Origin: a virus
Lineage: Duplodnaviria > Caudoviricetes
IMG/VR virus record: IMGVR_UViG_3300033993_001438
Coordinates: 1 to 59,803 of that record
DNA length: 59,803 bases
Reading direction: 5' to 3' (one strand)
Shown here: positions 1-7,836 of the stretch, piece by piece
Layout: each line of letters starts with the position of its first letter
Numbering within the stretch: position 1 is the stretch's first letter
Made by a program: the position numbers and the translations under genes
The notes under the pieces: generated by a model
What the model saw: the letters and a program-made list of their open reading frames with translations, nothing else
Told to the model about the DNA's origin: nothing
Databases searched by the model: none

Positions 1-132
1 CTTTTTGTACAGCGGCGACACAAACTGGTTCGGGTCTTTGACGCGAACCGTGTCTCCCTCAATCGGCTCCCACTCATCGGCATAACCAGCGGATGCAGGA
101 GACGGCTCGTTGGCGTCATTTGGTGTAGTCAT
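1..132 (-). CDS. Cassette-borne hypothetical protein, 3' end outside the window (MTTPNDANEPSPASAGYADEWEP...)
   Basis: ATG at 132 preceded by GAGGAGAAAAC inside the attC loop; the frame stays open to the window edge. Confidence 0.6.
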   Translation of the reverse strand, partial: MTTPNDANEPSPASAGYADEWEPIEGDTVRVKDPNQFVSPLYKK

Positions 133-169
133 GTTTTCTCCTCGCCGCTCCTGATCCGTAGCGTTCGCC
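80..169 (+). repeat. attC-like recombination site 1
   Basis: GCATAAC-CAGCG-GATGCAG-GAG-A-CGGC...GCCG-CTC-CTG-ATC-CGTAGC-GTTCGCC: R''/L''/L'/R' spacing with two extrahelical bases, as in canonical attC. Confidence 0.85.
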
Positions 170-171
170 AA

Positions 172-450
172 CTAGCCAACAACCACGCCGGTGTATTTTT
201 CCGTCTCCGCGAGCAGTTCTTCGGCTCTCTTGACAGCCAAGTGCCTGTCCTCAAACCACTGCTCAAAAGACTCGGCGTTGTCTTGTCCGCGACCCTTCTT
301 TGGGAAGCCGTCAGACAAGACGCCGTCCAACATCGACGCGACCGACCGCAGTTGCGCCCGCAGGCTGCAAATCGTTTCAGTCATTTCTGCTTCGGCATGT
401 GTCATCGCTTTCTCCTTTGTTGTTTCTGCCACGCCAGTGATTTTACTCAT
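172..450 (-). CDS. Cassette-borne hypothetical protein
   Basis: 92-aa ORF filling the interval between attC1 and attC2; stop codon next to R'. Confidence 0.7.
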   Translation of the reverse strand: MSKITGVAETTKEKAMTHAEAEMTETICSLRAQLRSVASMLDGVLSDGFPKKGRGQDNAESFEQWFEDRHLAVKRAEELLAETEKYTGVVVG

Positions 451-518
451 GCCTTGTCAAGCGTAAACCTTGGCGAACCAACGGATGCAGCGGACAGCGT
501 TGCATCGTCTTTAGGCAT
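447..518 (-). CDS. attC-encoded leader peptide MPKDDATLSAASVGSPRFTLDKA
   Basis: AAAGGA RBS and ATG in the attC2 loop; its TGA overlaps the ATG of 172..450 (ATGA). Confidence 0.5.
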   Translation of the reverse strand: MPKDDATLSAASVGSPRFTLDKA

Positions 519-560
519 GGTGAGTCCTTTCATCGCTGCCGCTGATCCTGCGTGTTCTCA
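472..560 (+). repeat. attC-like recombination site 2
   Basis: GGCGAAC-CAACG-GATGCAG-CGG-A-CAGCG...CGCTG-CCG-CTG-ATC-CTGCGT-GTTCTCA. TTGGCGAAC is the exact complement of GTTCGCCAA at 163-171. Confidence 0.88.
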
Positions 561-812
561 GCCCAGCCGTTCCAGCAACCCGCGAAGGGTTGCAATGTCT
601 TTCCTGCCAACGTCTCCGATCTGACTGTTGTCCTCGCACCATTGCAGCCAAGACAAGTCTCTCTCAATCGCCTCCCGCTCCTCGTCGGTGAGCCGCAGCC
701 GTTCGATCTCCCTCGCGGCGTCATGGCACACCCAGTAGCGTTCCTCATCATCTGTGCCGATGAGGTTCGCTGGTGCCAGCCGCAGTCGGTCGCAGATGTC
801 CACCTTGCTCAT
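558..812 (-). CDS. Hypothetical protein, EIERLR/LTDEERE/RGLLER family
   Basis: ATG 812 after AGGAG in the half-attC; paralogous to 1130..1381. Confidence 0.75.
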   Translation of the reverse strand: MSKVDICDRLRLAPANLIGTDDEERYWVCHDAAREIERLRLTDEEREAIERDLSWLQWCEDNSQIGDVGRKDIATLRGLLERLG

Positions 813-816
813 GTTT

Positions 817-843
817 CGCCGCTCCTGATCCTTCACGTTATGC
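817..843 (+). repeat. Half attC site (L'-R' arm only)
   Basis: CGCCGCTCCTGATCC-TTCAC-GTTATGC, nearly identical to the right arm of attC1; no left arm upstream. Confidence 0.7.
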
Positions 844-1059
844 CCCAGCATCCGCCGCCGCGTCGATCAGCGCTTTGCCGAGCAGCCTTGCCAACTCCGG
901 AGACACCGTGAAACGAATGTTTCCAAAATGCTCCTTGCTTGCAGCGTCCGGCGTGCAGACCCCAACGCAGCCCAGCCCGTCGCCGTCAGGGCCAACCTCA
1001 ATGCAAGCTCCGCAGGCGTCGTCGTAGATTCGGCGGCTAAGTTCCACGCTGTATGCCAT
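838..1059 (-). CDS. Cassette-borne hypothetical protein (MAYSVELSRRIYDD...)
   Basis: AGGAGAAAGGA RBS before ATG 1059; the TAA stop lies within the GTTA of R'. Confidence 0.75.
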   Translation of the reverse strand: MAYSVELSRRIYDDACGACIEVGPDGDGLGCVGVCTPDAASKEHFGNIRFTVSPELARLLGKALIDAAADAGA

Positions 1060-1086
1060 TCCTTTCTCCTTTTGTGAATCCACCCG

Positions 1087-1134
1087 GCATAACCACGCGA
1101 TGCTGCGGACGAGCCGCTGATCGCATCGCTCACT
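1087..1134 (+). repeat. Short degenerate attC-like site
   Basis: GCATAAC-CACGC-GATGCTG-CGG-A-CGAG-CCG-CTG-ATC-GCATC-GCT (GCT in place of GTT). GGCATAAC complements GTTATGCC at 837-844. Confidence 0.65.
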
Positions 1135-1381
1135 TCGTCCGCTCCAGCAGCCCCCGCACCACTCGCTCGGTGAAGTCCACGCAACGGTACGATGCGTCCT
1201 CCGCGACACCATGCAGAACATCCCGCTCCTCGTCGGTGAGTCGCACCGTTTCGCGCCCATCTACTGCACCGTTTCGCAGCCGCTCAATCTCATTTGCGGC
1301 CCGCTCGCAAAGCGTGTCAACGACCTTGCTGGAGTAAGCCCGGTCGCGCAGCTGTTGGACGATGTCTGTCACAGATCGCAC
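1130..1381 (-). CDS. Hypothetical protein, paralog of 558..812
   Basis: Shared AANEIERLR, RLTDEER and RGLLER motifs. Confidence 0.75.
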   Translation of the reverse strand: MRSVTDIVQQLRDRAYSSKVVDTLCERAANEIERLRNGAVDGRETVRLTDEERDVLHGVAEDASYRCVDFTERVVRGLLERTK

Positions 1382-1578
1382 TCCAGCAGGCCGGCAGGGA
1401 TCATGTTGCGGATCGTCTCTGCGAGGTCCATCGCTTCGCTGTCGGCGTCACTGTGCTTGACAAGAGATCGGCACTTGTTGTCGATGTCTGACAAGGCCCG
1501 CAACGCCTGATGGCCGGACAGCGCAGCATGAAACTCATAGTCGTCGTCAGGCAGCGTGAAGTTTAGCGAGGCGCGCAT
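1369..1578 (-). CDS. Small phage hypothetical protein (MRASLNFTLPDDDYEF)
   Basis: Resembles a common small phage protein N-terminus; overlaps the next gene. Confidence 0.7.
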   Translation of the reverse strand: MRASLNFTLPDDDYEFHAALSGHQALRALSDIDNKCRSLVKHSDADSEAMDLAETIRNMIPAGLLECDL

Positions 1579-1646
1579 GGTGGACTCCAAAGGTTAACGA
1601 GAAGCAAAAGCGCGGCCAGCACCGCGTAGAAGTAAAGGTCCGGCAT
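1563..1646 (-). CDS. 27-aa hydrophobic peptide
   Basis: MPDLYFYAVLAALLLLVNLWSPPCAPR fills the gap between neighbouring genes. Confidence 0.35.
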   Translation of the reverse strand: MPDLYFYAVLAALLLLVNLWSPPCAPR

Positions 1647-1660
1647 TGTGTCGATGTAAT

Positions 1661-1927
1661 TCATGGCCAGTTGGGGTACAGCAGTACGCCGCACCGCGTC
1701 TCAGGGTCAAGCACCTCCACCGCGGCGGTGCGTGGGAATGTCGCACTTACAAGGGCGCAGATTTCGTCATACGGCAGGGCGTCCAGGACCTCCGCATGCT
1801 CATCCGCCCAGGTCTGCACGGTCGCGTGATCGCACGCAAACCCGGGGTCCTCGTCGCCGCAGTTGAGCCACAGCCGCATGGAAAACCGCGGCTGATGGAT
1901 CATTACCATGTTCTCCCTAACTACCAT
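1661..1927 (-). CDS. Hypothetical protein
   Basis: GGAGG RBS upstream of the ATG; co-oriented with the operon. Confidence 0.6.
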   Translation of the reverse strand: MVVRENMVMIHQPRFSMRLWLNCGDEDPGFACDHATVQTWADEHAEVLDALPYDEICALVSATFPRTAAVEVLDPETRCGVLLYPNWP

Positions 1928-1986
1928 GATGGACCTCCTTGGTGTCCTTGCAGTAGTAACCATCCCCGGGGACCTCTCCCCAGGAA

Positions 1987-2649
1987 TCAACCAGGCTCTT
2001 TCGGAGCCTTGCGACCTCTGCCTCTAGGGCTCGGATCACACTTGTCATCTCCGCCGCCCGCCTCTCCGAACGCTCCAGACGCTCCGTCAACCCACTGCAG
2101 GCCGGAGGTGGAGAACAGCAGCTCGCAGAGCTGAGAGGCGGGCCGGAGGAACTTGGAAGGGGCGACGAGGGTGGGCATGGCGAACCCTCGCATGCTGTCA
2201 AAGACGACACGCTCCTGCCAAGATCCGTCGCGGTCGATTGCGCAAAGCCACACCCAGTGACCCGTGACCTGCGAGATGTAGACCCAGGCGAACGGCTGCT
2301 CGCCTCGCCTGAGGCCGGTGACGTCATCGACAAAGACGGTGTCATAGGGGAAGTCTTCCGGTCCGGTGAACTCAAGGTTGCGGAGCTTTATTTCGATGGC
2401 CACCGCCGCCACTGCGTCCGGGGTTGGACAGAAGTCCGCTCTTGGATTGTGGTCCGGGAGGACGAGCTTGACCCCGTTTGCGACAGCGCGACCGTGGGTC
2501 GTCCTCATCTGGGCCACCCACTTGCCCTCGGCCTGGTGGGCTTTGCCCAGGACTGCCAGGAACTTCTCCTTGGACCATCCTTTCGATGTTGATTTGCCGG
2601 ACGCGGGCTGCCCTCCTGGCGATTTCCGCGGGCCCCATTTCTTTGGCAT
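1987..2649 (-). CDS. PD-(D/E)XK nuclease-like protein
   Basis: AEGKW...PDAVAAVAIEIK motif pattern. Confidence 0.55.
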   Translation of the reverse strand: MPKKWGPRKSPGGQPASGKSTSKGWSKEKFLAVLGKAHQAEGKWVAQMRTTHGRAVANGVKLVLPDHNPRADFCPTPDAVAAVAIEIKLRNLEFTGPEDFPYDTVFVDDVTGLRRGEQPFAWVYISQVTGHWVWLCAIDRDGSWQERVVFDSMRGFAMPTLVAPSKFLRPASQLCELLFSTSGLQWVDGASGAFGEAGGGDDKCDPSPRGRGRKAPKEPG

Positions 2650-3007
2650 CGATGTCCTCCCAAAGCTCCGTGCTAAGCGGCTCTGCCCTGCGGATGTCCG
2701 ATGACCTCCGCTCGCAATCCGCAACCTGGTCCACCGTGACCCTGAACGCACGGGCGATGTCAGCGTGGGTACGATCCGGATAGCCAAGACTCAGGACGAT
2801 CAGCCGGTCCCGGCTCGGCAGGCGATGCCTCCGCAGCAGGGCGACCATCTTCTTGCCGACGTCCGGGCTCAGATCTAGCGACTCCCACACCTTGCGGGCC
2901 GGCTCCCGGTTGACGAACACCCGCCTCCAGATGTCCGGCGCCACCGCGAGGGGCACGCCCAAAGAACCAATCCTTAACTCTTGTCCACAGCGAACGCTTA
3001 GGCTCAT
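2372..3007 (-). CDS. HTH-containing protein
   Basis: THADIARAFRVTVDQV HTH-like segment; AGGAGGA RBS; C-terminal part overlaps the next gene. Confidence 0.5.
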   Translation of the reverse strand: MSLSVRCGQELRIGSLGVPLAVAPDIWRRVFVNREPARKVWESLDLSPDVGKKMVALLRRHRLPSRDRLIVLSLGYPDRTHADIARAFRVTVDQVADCERRSSDIRRAEPLSTELWEDIDAKEMGPAEIARRAARVRQINIERMVQGEVPGSPGQSPPGRGQVGGPDEDDPRSRCRKRGQARPPGPQSKSGLLSNPGRSGGGGHRNKAPQP

Positions 3008-3066
3008 GGTCCTCCTCCTGAGGGGCGAAAGGGAAGGCTTCGTCAATCCTGAACACCGCAGCGATC

Positions 3067-4608
3067 TCATCGACCGTGTCCTGCAAGAGAGCGTCGGCGC
3101 GCCTTTTCACGGTGGAAGAATGACTTCTGCCATCCCTTGATGTTGGTCTGCCGTAACGCCCAGTCGATGTATCCATCGTCCAGTTCCCCCATGCGGCGAC
3201 CCGCGTTCCGCCCACGCAGCGGGCAGCGGTACTCGCTGATGCACTTCTTCTTGCCAACAAGCTCAACGTCATGGCCGTGCAGCGTGCCGGTCGCCTGGCC
3301 CGTCATGCCGCGGAGCGATTCCTCAAGCAGCTTGGCCTTGCGAACGTCGTCGGCCGCCTGGGCCAGGAGGTCGCCGGGATCCTCGGCGTCGCCTTCCTCG
3401 GCCCGCTTGCGGGCACGGATGACAACCTCCTTGTCCTCGTCGTCCTTGGCGAACATGTCCACCGCCGTGACGATGGAGTGGTCCTCCGTGGTCCCGGTGA
3501 TGTCCACAATCTTGAACCAGGGCTTATCGCCGGATGCGATAGACAGCAGCCTCGCGGCAACGCCCTCCATGCCTGGTGCAGACAGCTCGTCGCGGCCATC
3601 CACATCACCAGGGGCCGGGCGGGTTGCCCGTCCGATGACCTGCTTGAACAGCACCCGGCTGCGTGTCGGCCGGAACATGAACACCGTCCGCGTGACCGGG
3701 GCATCGAAGCCCATGGTTGCGATCTGGCAGTTGCAGAGCAGGTCGATCTCTCCGTTGCGGTACCTGTTGATGACCAGGTTCCTCTCGTCGTCGCTCTGGA
3801 TCCGCGTGTCGCCAACGATGTACGCCGCCCGCATGCCGTAGGCGTTCTGCGCCAGCTCTGCCAGGGACATGGCGGTGCGAACGCCAGGCAGGAACGCCAG
3901 GGCCGCACCGACGCGTTCCTTCTGGACGATCAGGCACATCTGGTGCAGCGGGCGAGCGGCGCCGAGGACCAGGTCCAGGTCGCCGGCCGAGAGGTCGCCG
4001 CCGGTAACCTTGACGTTCTTGGTGTCCAGCCCATCCACGCGGACAACCTTGGCCCGCGGCGACAGGCACCACCCCTCCTCAATGCCACGCTTCAGGTCGT
4101 ACTCAAACGCGACCGTCTCGTAGAAGTCCATCAGCCGCCGGCCGTCCATGCGGAACGGCGTGGCCGTGAACCCAATGACGATCCCGCCGTGGGCCTGGAA
4201 GTCCCGCAGCATGGCCAGGACGGCCTCTGAGAACTGCGTGTGAGCCTCGTCAACGATGATCAGCCGGTACCCAAGGAATCGCTTGTACCGCTTCTCCTTG
4301 CCGGCCAGCAGCGACTTGACGCACGCCACCACCACGCGGCCCCCGTAGGAGCCCGCCCACTGGTTGGCCATTTCCACTTCCGTGTACTCGCCGGTCACGC
4401 GGTCGGCCGTGTCGGCGCACTGCCAGACCAGCTCACGCAGCGGTGCGATCACCAGCACCTTGCTGTTGCTGCACATCCGTGCCAGCAGGCTGAAGACCAC
4501 CGTCTTCCCTGCGCCAGTGAACAGGACGGCCAAGATCGCCTTGGCCCCCTGGGCAATCGCTGCAAGGATCCGCTCGCAGCACTCTTCCTGATAGTCTCTC
4601 GGCTTCAT
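3067..4608 (-). CDS. SF2 DEAH-box helicase
   Basis: Q-motif RDYQ, TGAGKT, IVDEAH, TATP, MGFDAP, QVIGRATR. Confidence 0.93.
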   Translation of the reverse strand: MKPRDYQEECCERILAAIAQGAKAILAVLFTGAGKTVVFSLLARMCSNSKVLVIAPLRELVWQCADTADRVTGEYTEVEMANQWAGSYGGRVVVACVKSLLAGKEKRYKRFLGYRLIIVDEAHTQFSEAVLAMLRDFQAHGGIVIGFTATPFRMDGRRLMDFYETVAFEYDLKRGIEEGWCLSPRAKVVRVDGLDTKNVKVTGGDLSAGDLDLVLGAARPLHQMCLIVQKERVGAALAFLPGVRTAMSLAELAQNAYGMRAAYIVGDTRIQSDDERNLVINRYRNGEIDLLCNCQIATMGFDAPVTRTVFMFRPTRSRVLFKQVIGRATRPAPGDVDGRDELSAPGMEGVAARLLSIASGDKPWFKIVDITGTTEDHSIVTAVDMFAKDDEDKEVVIRARKRAEEGDAEDPGDLLAQAADDVRKAKLLEESLRGMTGQATGTLHGHDVELVGKKKCISEYRCPLRGRNAGRRMGELDDGYIDWALRQTNIKGWQKSFFHREKARRRSLAGHGR

Positions 4609-4698
4609 GTCGCCCTCCTTGTTGGCGGTGGCGCTGGGGGCATCCCACCCCCAGCGCCGTAATCCGTTCGCCAGCCGGCCTCATGCCAGCACAGTGCC

Positions 4699-5034
4699 CT
4701 AGAACGCAGACTCCTCCTGCCGCTCGCGGGCACCACCCAGCAGCGTCAGCTCGCGGACCTGAAGGCCCACGTGCGTCCGCTTCTGGCCATCCTTCTCGTA
4801 CGTGCGGCTCTTGAGAGAGCCGATCACACAGATCGTCTTGCCGCGGGTCAGGTACTCAGACACCTGCCCAGGCCGCCAGTAGTCGCAGTCCAGGAACAAG
4901 ACCTCGCCGTCCTTGCGGCCGTTGACCGCAATGGCGAACGAGGCAACCTCGTTCTCACCGACCATCTTGACCTCGGCATCGCGCGTGAGATTGCCGACAA
5001 ACGTGCAGTTGTTGACTCCGCTAGCCATCGTCAT
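4699..5034 (-). CDS. ssb: Single-stranded DNA-binding protein
   Basis: VGNLTRDAE, FAIAVN, YLTRG, GSLKSRTYEKDGQKR; acidic tail ending in F. Confidence 0.93.
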   Translation of the reverse strand: MTMASGVNNCTFVGNLTRDAEVKMVGENEVASFAIAVNGRKDGEVLFLDCDYWRPGQVSEYLTRGKTICVIGSLKSRTYEKDGQKRTHVGLQVRELTLLGGARERQEESAF

Positions 5035-5678
5035 GCCTCCTGGAAACGTGTGGAAACCAACTCACTCATCCGGTCGAACACGGCGGGATCGCACACACGC
5101 TCGCTGACGCGGAGCTGGATGCGGTCCAGGGTCTTCTGGGCGTCGGCCATGGTCTTGGCCTTGTCGATCTCACCCTTCGCCAGGGCTTCGATCTGGAGGC
5201 TCTTGTCCGTCCGCTGCGGGACCTTGGCCTTTGCCTGCGGCATCGCCTTCTGGGCGTCGTCGTCGTCCTCAGCCCACGCCCCAACGAGGCCCAGCAGCAG
5301 GTACTTCTTGGCGTAGGTGTAGGCAGAGCCCAAGGACTGCATGTCCTTGCGCTCGTTGCCCTCCTTGTCCACGCCCAGGTACACCGGGCACAGGCTGGTG
5401 ACGAACTCGCCGCTGCTGTGCCGCAGCGTGCCAACAGCAATCCACTCGCCGCCGACACGCGTCAGGCAGACCTGCGGCAGAGGGAAGCCGTTCTGGTTGA
5501 GAGGCTCACGCAGGGCCTCGCAGATGTCGCTGTATCGCATGTAGCGATACTTGCCGAACTTGTTGTCGCCGCCCTTCTCAACGGCAGGGAACTTGGCCTG
5601 AGCCTTTACCAGCGCTCCGACCAGCGTCATCGTCTCCGGGCTCGTCGTCAGGCCCGGCAATCCATGGTCAACAATCAT
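5031..5678 (-). CDS. ERF-family ssDNA annealing protein
   Basis: ALVKAQ..., N.FGKYRY, LRHSSGE, QSLGSAYTYAKKY, EDDDD motifs. Confidence 0.85.
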   Translation of the reverse strand: MIVDHGLPGLTTSPETMTLVGALVKAQAKFPAVEKGGDNKFGKYRYMRYSDICEALREPLNQNGFPLPQVCLTRVGGEWIAVGTLRHSSGEFVTSLCPVYLGVDKEGNERKDMQSLGSAYTYAKKYLLLGLVGAWAEDDDDAQKAMPQAKAKVPQRTDKSLQIEALAKGEIDKAKTMADAQKTLDRIQLRVSERVCDPAVFDRMSELVSTRFQEA

Positions 5679-6550
5679 CGCCTTCCTCCTGTGAAAAACG
5701 CTGGGAACTCCAGCTCCAACTCCTCGTCGTCCTCAGGCGTCCTGTACTCGCCCAGCTGTCGTCGCAGCCGGATCTGGTCCAGGGTCACCCTGATCTGTTC
5801 GCGAGCCTCCTCAACCAGCTCGTCTGGGAGGGTCACCACTCGCACGCTGTGCGGCTTATGCGTCTGGGCGAAGATGAACCGCAGCTGGTGGTAGTCCCAA
5901 CCGCACGCCACCGCCGCATCCACGTACCAGGCGGCTTGCCAGAGGTAGCCGTAGAGGTCGCATGACCTCCACAGTTCCTTCCAGTCAGAGGATGTGGTCT
6001 TGTAGTCCCAGAGAAAGCCTTCGGTCACGCCGTCGGCCAACGCCTTGCGCTTGTGGCCGTGCGAGTCCTCATGCCTAAACGTGGCCTGCATGTCCTTGGT
6101 GGCCTCAAGGATCTCGCGGGCACGCTTGTTCTTCAGCGTGTTCTCAACGATCCGGTTGAGCTTCCACCAGTCGCCGGCCGACACTTCCAGGCGGCCCTGG
6201 TTCTGCTCCTTCCACTCCGTGTACGCCTTGCCGCGGCGGGCCCCGTTCGACAGGACCTCCTCCGGCGGGATCACGTAGCGGTCTTCCAGCCGAACGCCGG
6301 CCACCACCATGGGAATGGCACGGTCCACCATCGATCCAAAGTCTGTCCCGGCGTTGCCGCTGAACAGACGTTCCCCGTTGTCCAGCGCCTCCTGGGCGAG
6401 CCCGCCGCCCTTGAAGACGGAGTGGGCAAACGAACGCGTCAGGTACCCGTCATCCACCCGGTAGGCCGCGTCGATGGCGTCCTGGTCCAGGAGTTTGCCG
6501 TTTGTGGAATCCAGGCAACCTGGGGTGTATGATCCAAAAGCGACGGTCAT
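5675..6550 (-). CDS. PD-(D/E)XK exonuclease (ExoVIII/DUF3799-like)
   Basis: KALADG...WDYKTT, YGYLWQAAWY; adjacent to ERF and SSB. Confidence 0.8.
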   Translation of the reverse strand: MTVAFGSYTPGCLDSTNGKLLDQDAIDAAYRVDDGYLTRSFAHSVFKGGGLAQEALDNGERLFSGNAGTDFGSMVDRAIPMVVAGVRLEDRYVIPPEEVLSNGARRGKAYTEWKEQNQGRLEVSAGDWWKLNRIVENTLKNKRAREILEATKDMQATFRHEDSHGHKRKALADGVTEGFLWDYKTTSSDWKELWRSCDLYGYLWQAAWYVDAAVACGWDYHQLRFIFAQTHKPHSVRVVTLPDELVEEAREQIRVTLDQIRLRRQLGEYRTPEDDEELELEFPAFFTGGRR

Positions 6551-6701
6551 CGGATCACCTCCCTCAGGCAGACGACAGCCTGGCGGGGGAAACCGATGAC
6601 GAGCAGCGTGAGGGCTGCGCCGCAGAGGATGGATGCAGAGGCGGCTAGAATGCCAAGCCTCAGGGCGGTGCTAGCCAACTGAGCTAGTTGCCCTGAGTGC
6701 T

Positions 6702-6730
6702 TGACAGAGCCGCAAAATGCGGAACTGTCA
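6702..6730. promoter_or_regulatory. Imperfect palindrome upstream of the tyrosine recombinase
   Basis: TGACAGAGCCG-CAAAATG-CGGAACTGTCA; overlaps a TTGACA at 6701-6706. Confidence 0.45.
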
Positions 6731-6739
6731 GGTATAGCC

Positions 6740-7558
6740 ATGCTAATCTCCGAGTACGCTTCCCGCTACGCCAACAGAATTGGGGCTTCCCCCGGCTATT
6801 TGGAGCAACTTTTGGTTTTCACCAGGCGTCTGCCCTGGCACGTGGAGGAGGTCACCACCGACATGGTGGACTCCTATCTCACAGATGCCCTCACCCATTT
6901 GAGGGCCCAGACAGTCGCCAATCACCGCAGGCTCCTCACAACCCTCATGCGTGATGCAGCCCGCAACGGACTGAACACGTGTATAGCACGCGGATTCCGA
7001 CGCGTCAAGGTGCCCAGGCCGGTTCCCAGAGCGCTGTCCCGGGACGAGATCCGTGCGGCGGTGGAAGCTGCTCGCAAGACCAAGGGTCATTTCCGTGACC
7101 TCCGCAAGTCCGACTTTCTTGTCGCCTGGTTCCTGACCGCCTACTGCACCGGCTTGCGGGCCGGCGACCTCATGGAAGCGCGGTGGGGTCAGGTTCGCGG
7201 CCGAAGAATGTATGTGCGTCAATCCAAGACGTCAACACCCCACGTGACGGTTTTTACCGACGAGGCTTTGGAGGCGTGCAAGGCCCTTCCACGCAAGCAG
7301 CGGATCTTCGGAGACTTCGCTGCGATGAACACCATCCAGCAGTGGGTCAAGGCCTGCATGCTGTCAGCCGGCCTGGACGCTAGCACCAAGTTTCTGCGGC
7401 GCTCGGCCGCGACTTATGCCAAGGTCCAGGGCAAGAACCCCAAGCACGTTCTCGGACATTTGACCGACGGGCTCGCGGAGCGGCACTACGTCGATCAGCT
7501 TCTATATGAGGAAGAGGCCGGCATCAACGGCGAGCCGCTGCCGTCAGTGCTGGGCTAG
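6740..7558 (+). CDS. Tyrosine recombinase/integrase
   Basis: TGLRAGDL (R), QSKT (K), KFLRRSAAT (K at the His position), LGH, RHY; lone plus-strand gene between two modules. Confidence 0.88.
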   Translation: MLISEYASRYANRIGASPGYLEQLLVFTRRLPWHVEEVTTDMVDSYLTDALTHLRAQTVANHRRLLTTLMRDAARNGLNTCIARGFRRVKVPRPVPRALSRDEIRAAVEAARKTKGHFRDLRKSDFLVAWFLTAYCTGLRAGDLMEARWGQVRGRRMYVRQSKTSTPHVTVFTDEALEACKALPRKQRIFGDFAAMNTIQQWVKACMLSAGLDASTKFLRRSAATYAKVQGKNPKHVLGHLTDGLAERHYVDQLLYEEEAGINGEPLPSVLG

Positions 7559-7836
7559 GTGTCGTTCTTGTACTCAGGCCTGTCGGAGATGCGGCCGACT
7601 CTGTAGGTGGGCCGAATCAGCCCGGGCTTGCCCTTCGCCCCGCTCATGGCCGGGCTGCTGATGTTCCGCGGCCGACGCTCTCCCTCGCCCTTGCGCCACA
7701 CGCCAACCTCTTTGCCTCGCCGGTACTCCGCAAGCGAGATGCCCAGCCGTTCGGCCTCGGCCTCGTCCGCGTACAGGTCGAACAGGTTCTCTTCTGGCTG
7801 GCGGAGCCGGCGGATGTTGTCTTCGGCGTTAGGCAT
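7555..7836 (-). CDS. Small basic late protein (MPNAEDNIRRLRQP)
   Basis: Last gene of the virion operon; overlaps the stop of the large protein. Confidence 0.6.
   Translation of the reverse strand: MPNAEDNIRRLRQPEENLFDLYADEAEAERLGISLAEYRRGKEVGVWRKGEGERRPRNISSPAMSGAKGKPGLIRPTYRVGRISDRPEYKNDT

Noticed and set aside
80-1134. attC repeats read as a CRISPR array or as terminators
   Set aside because: The units are imperfect inverted repeats separated by whole genes, with no constant repeat/spacer period, no U-tracts and no cas genes.
6547-6741. 64-aa hydrophobic ORF whose start overlaps the recombinase ATG
   Set aside because: No clear RBS, and it spans the palindrome and likely promoter DNA. 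A shorter peptide is possible but unsupported.
6740-7558. Calling the tyrosine recombinase an integron integrase (IntI)
   Set aside because: It is only 272 aa, with no visible IntI-specific insertion before the HxxR box, and lies 5.6 kb from the attC array with no attI evident.
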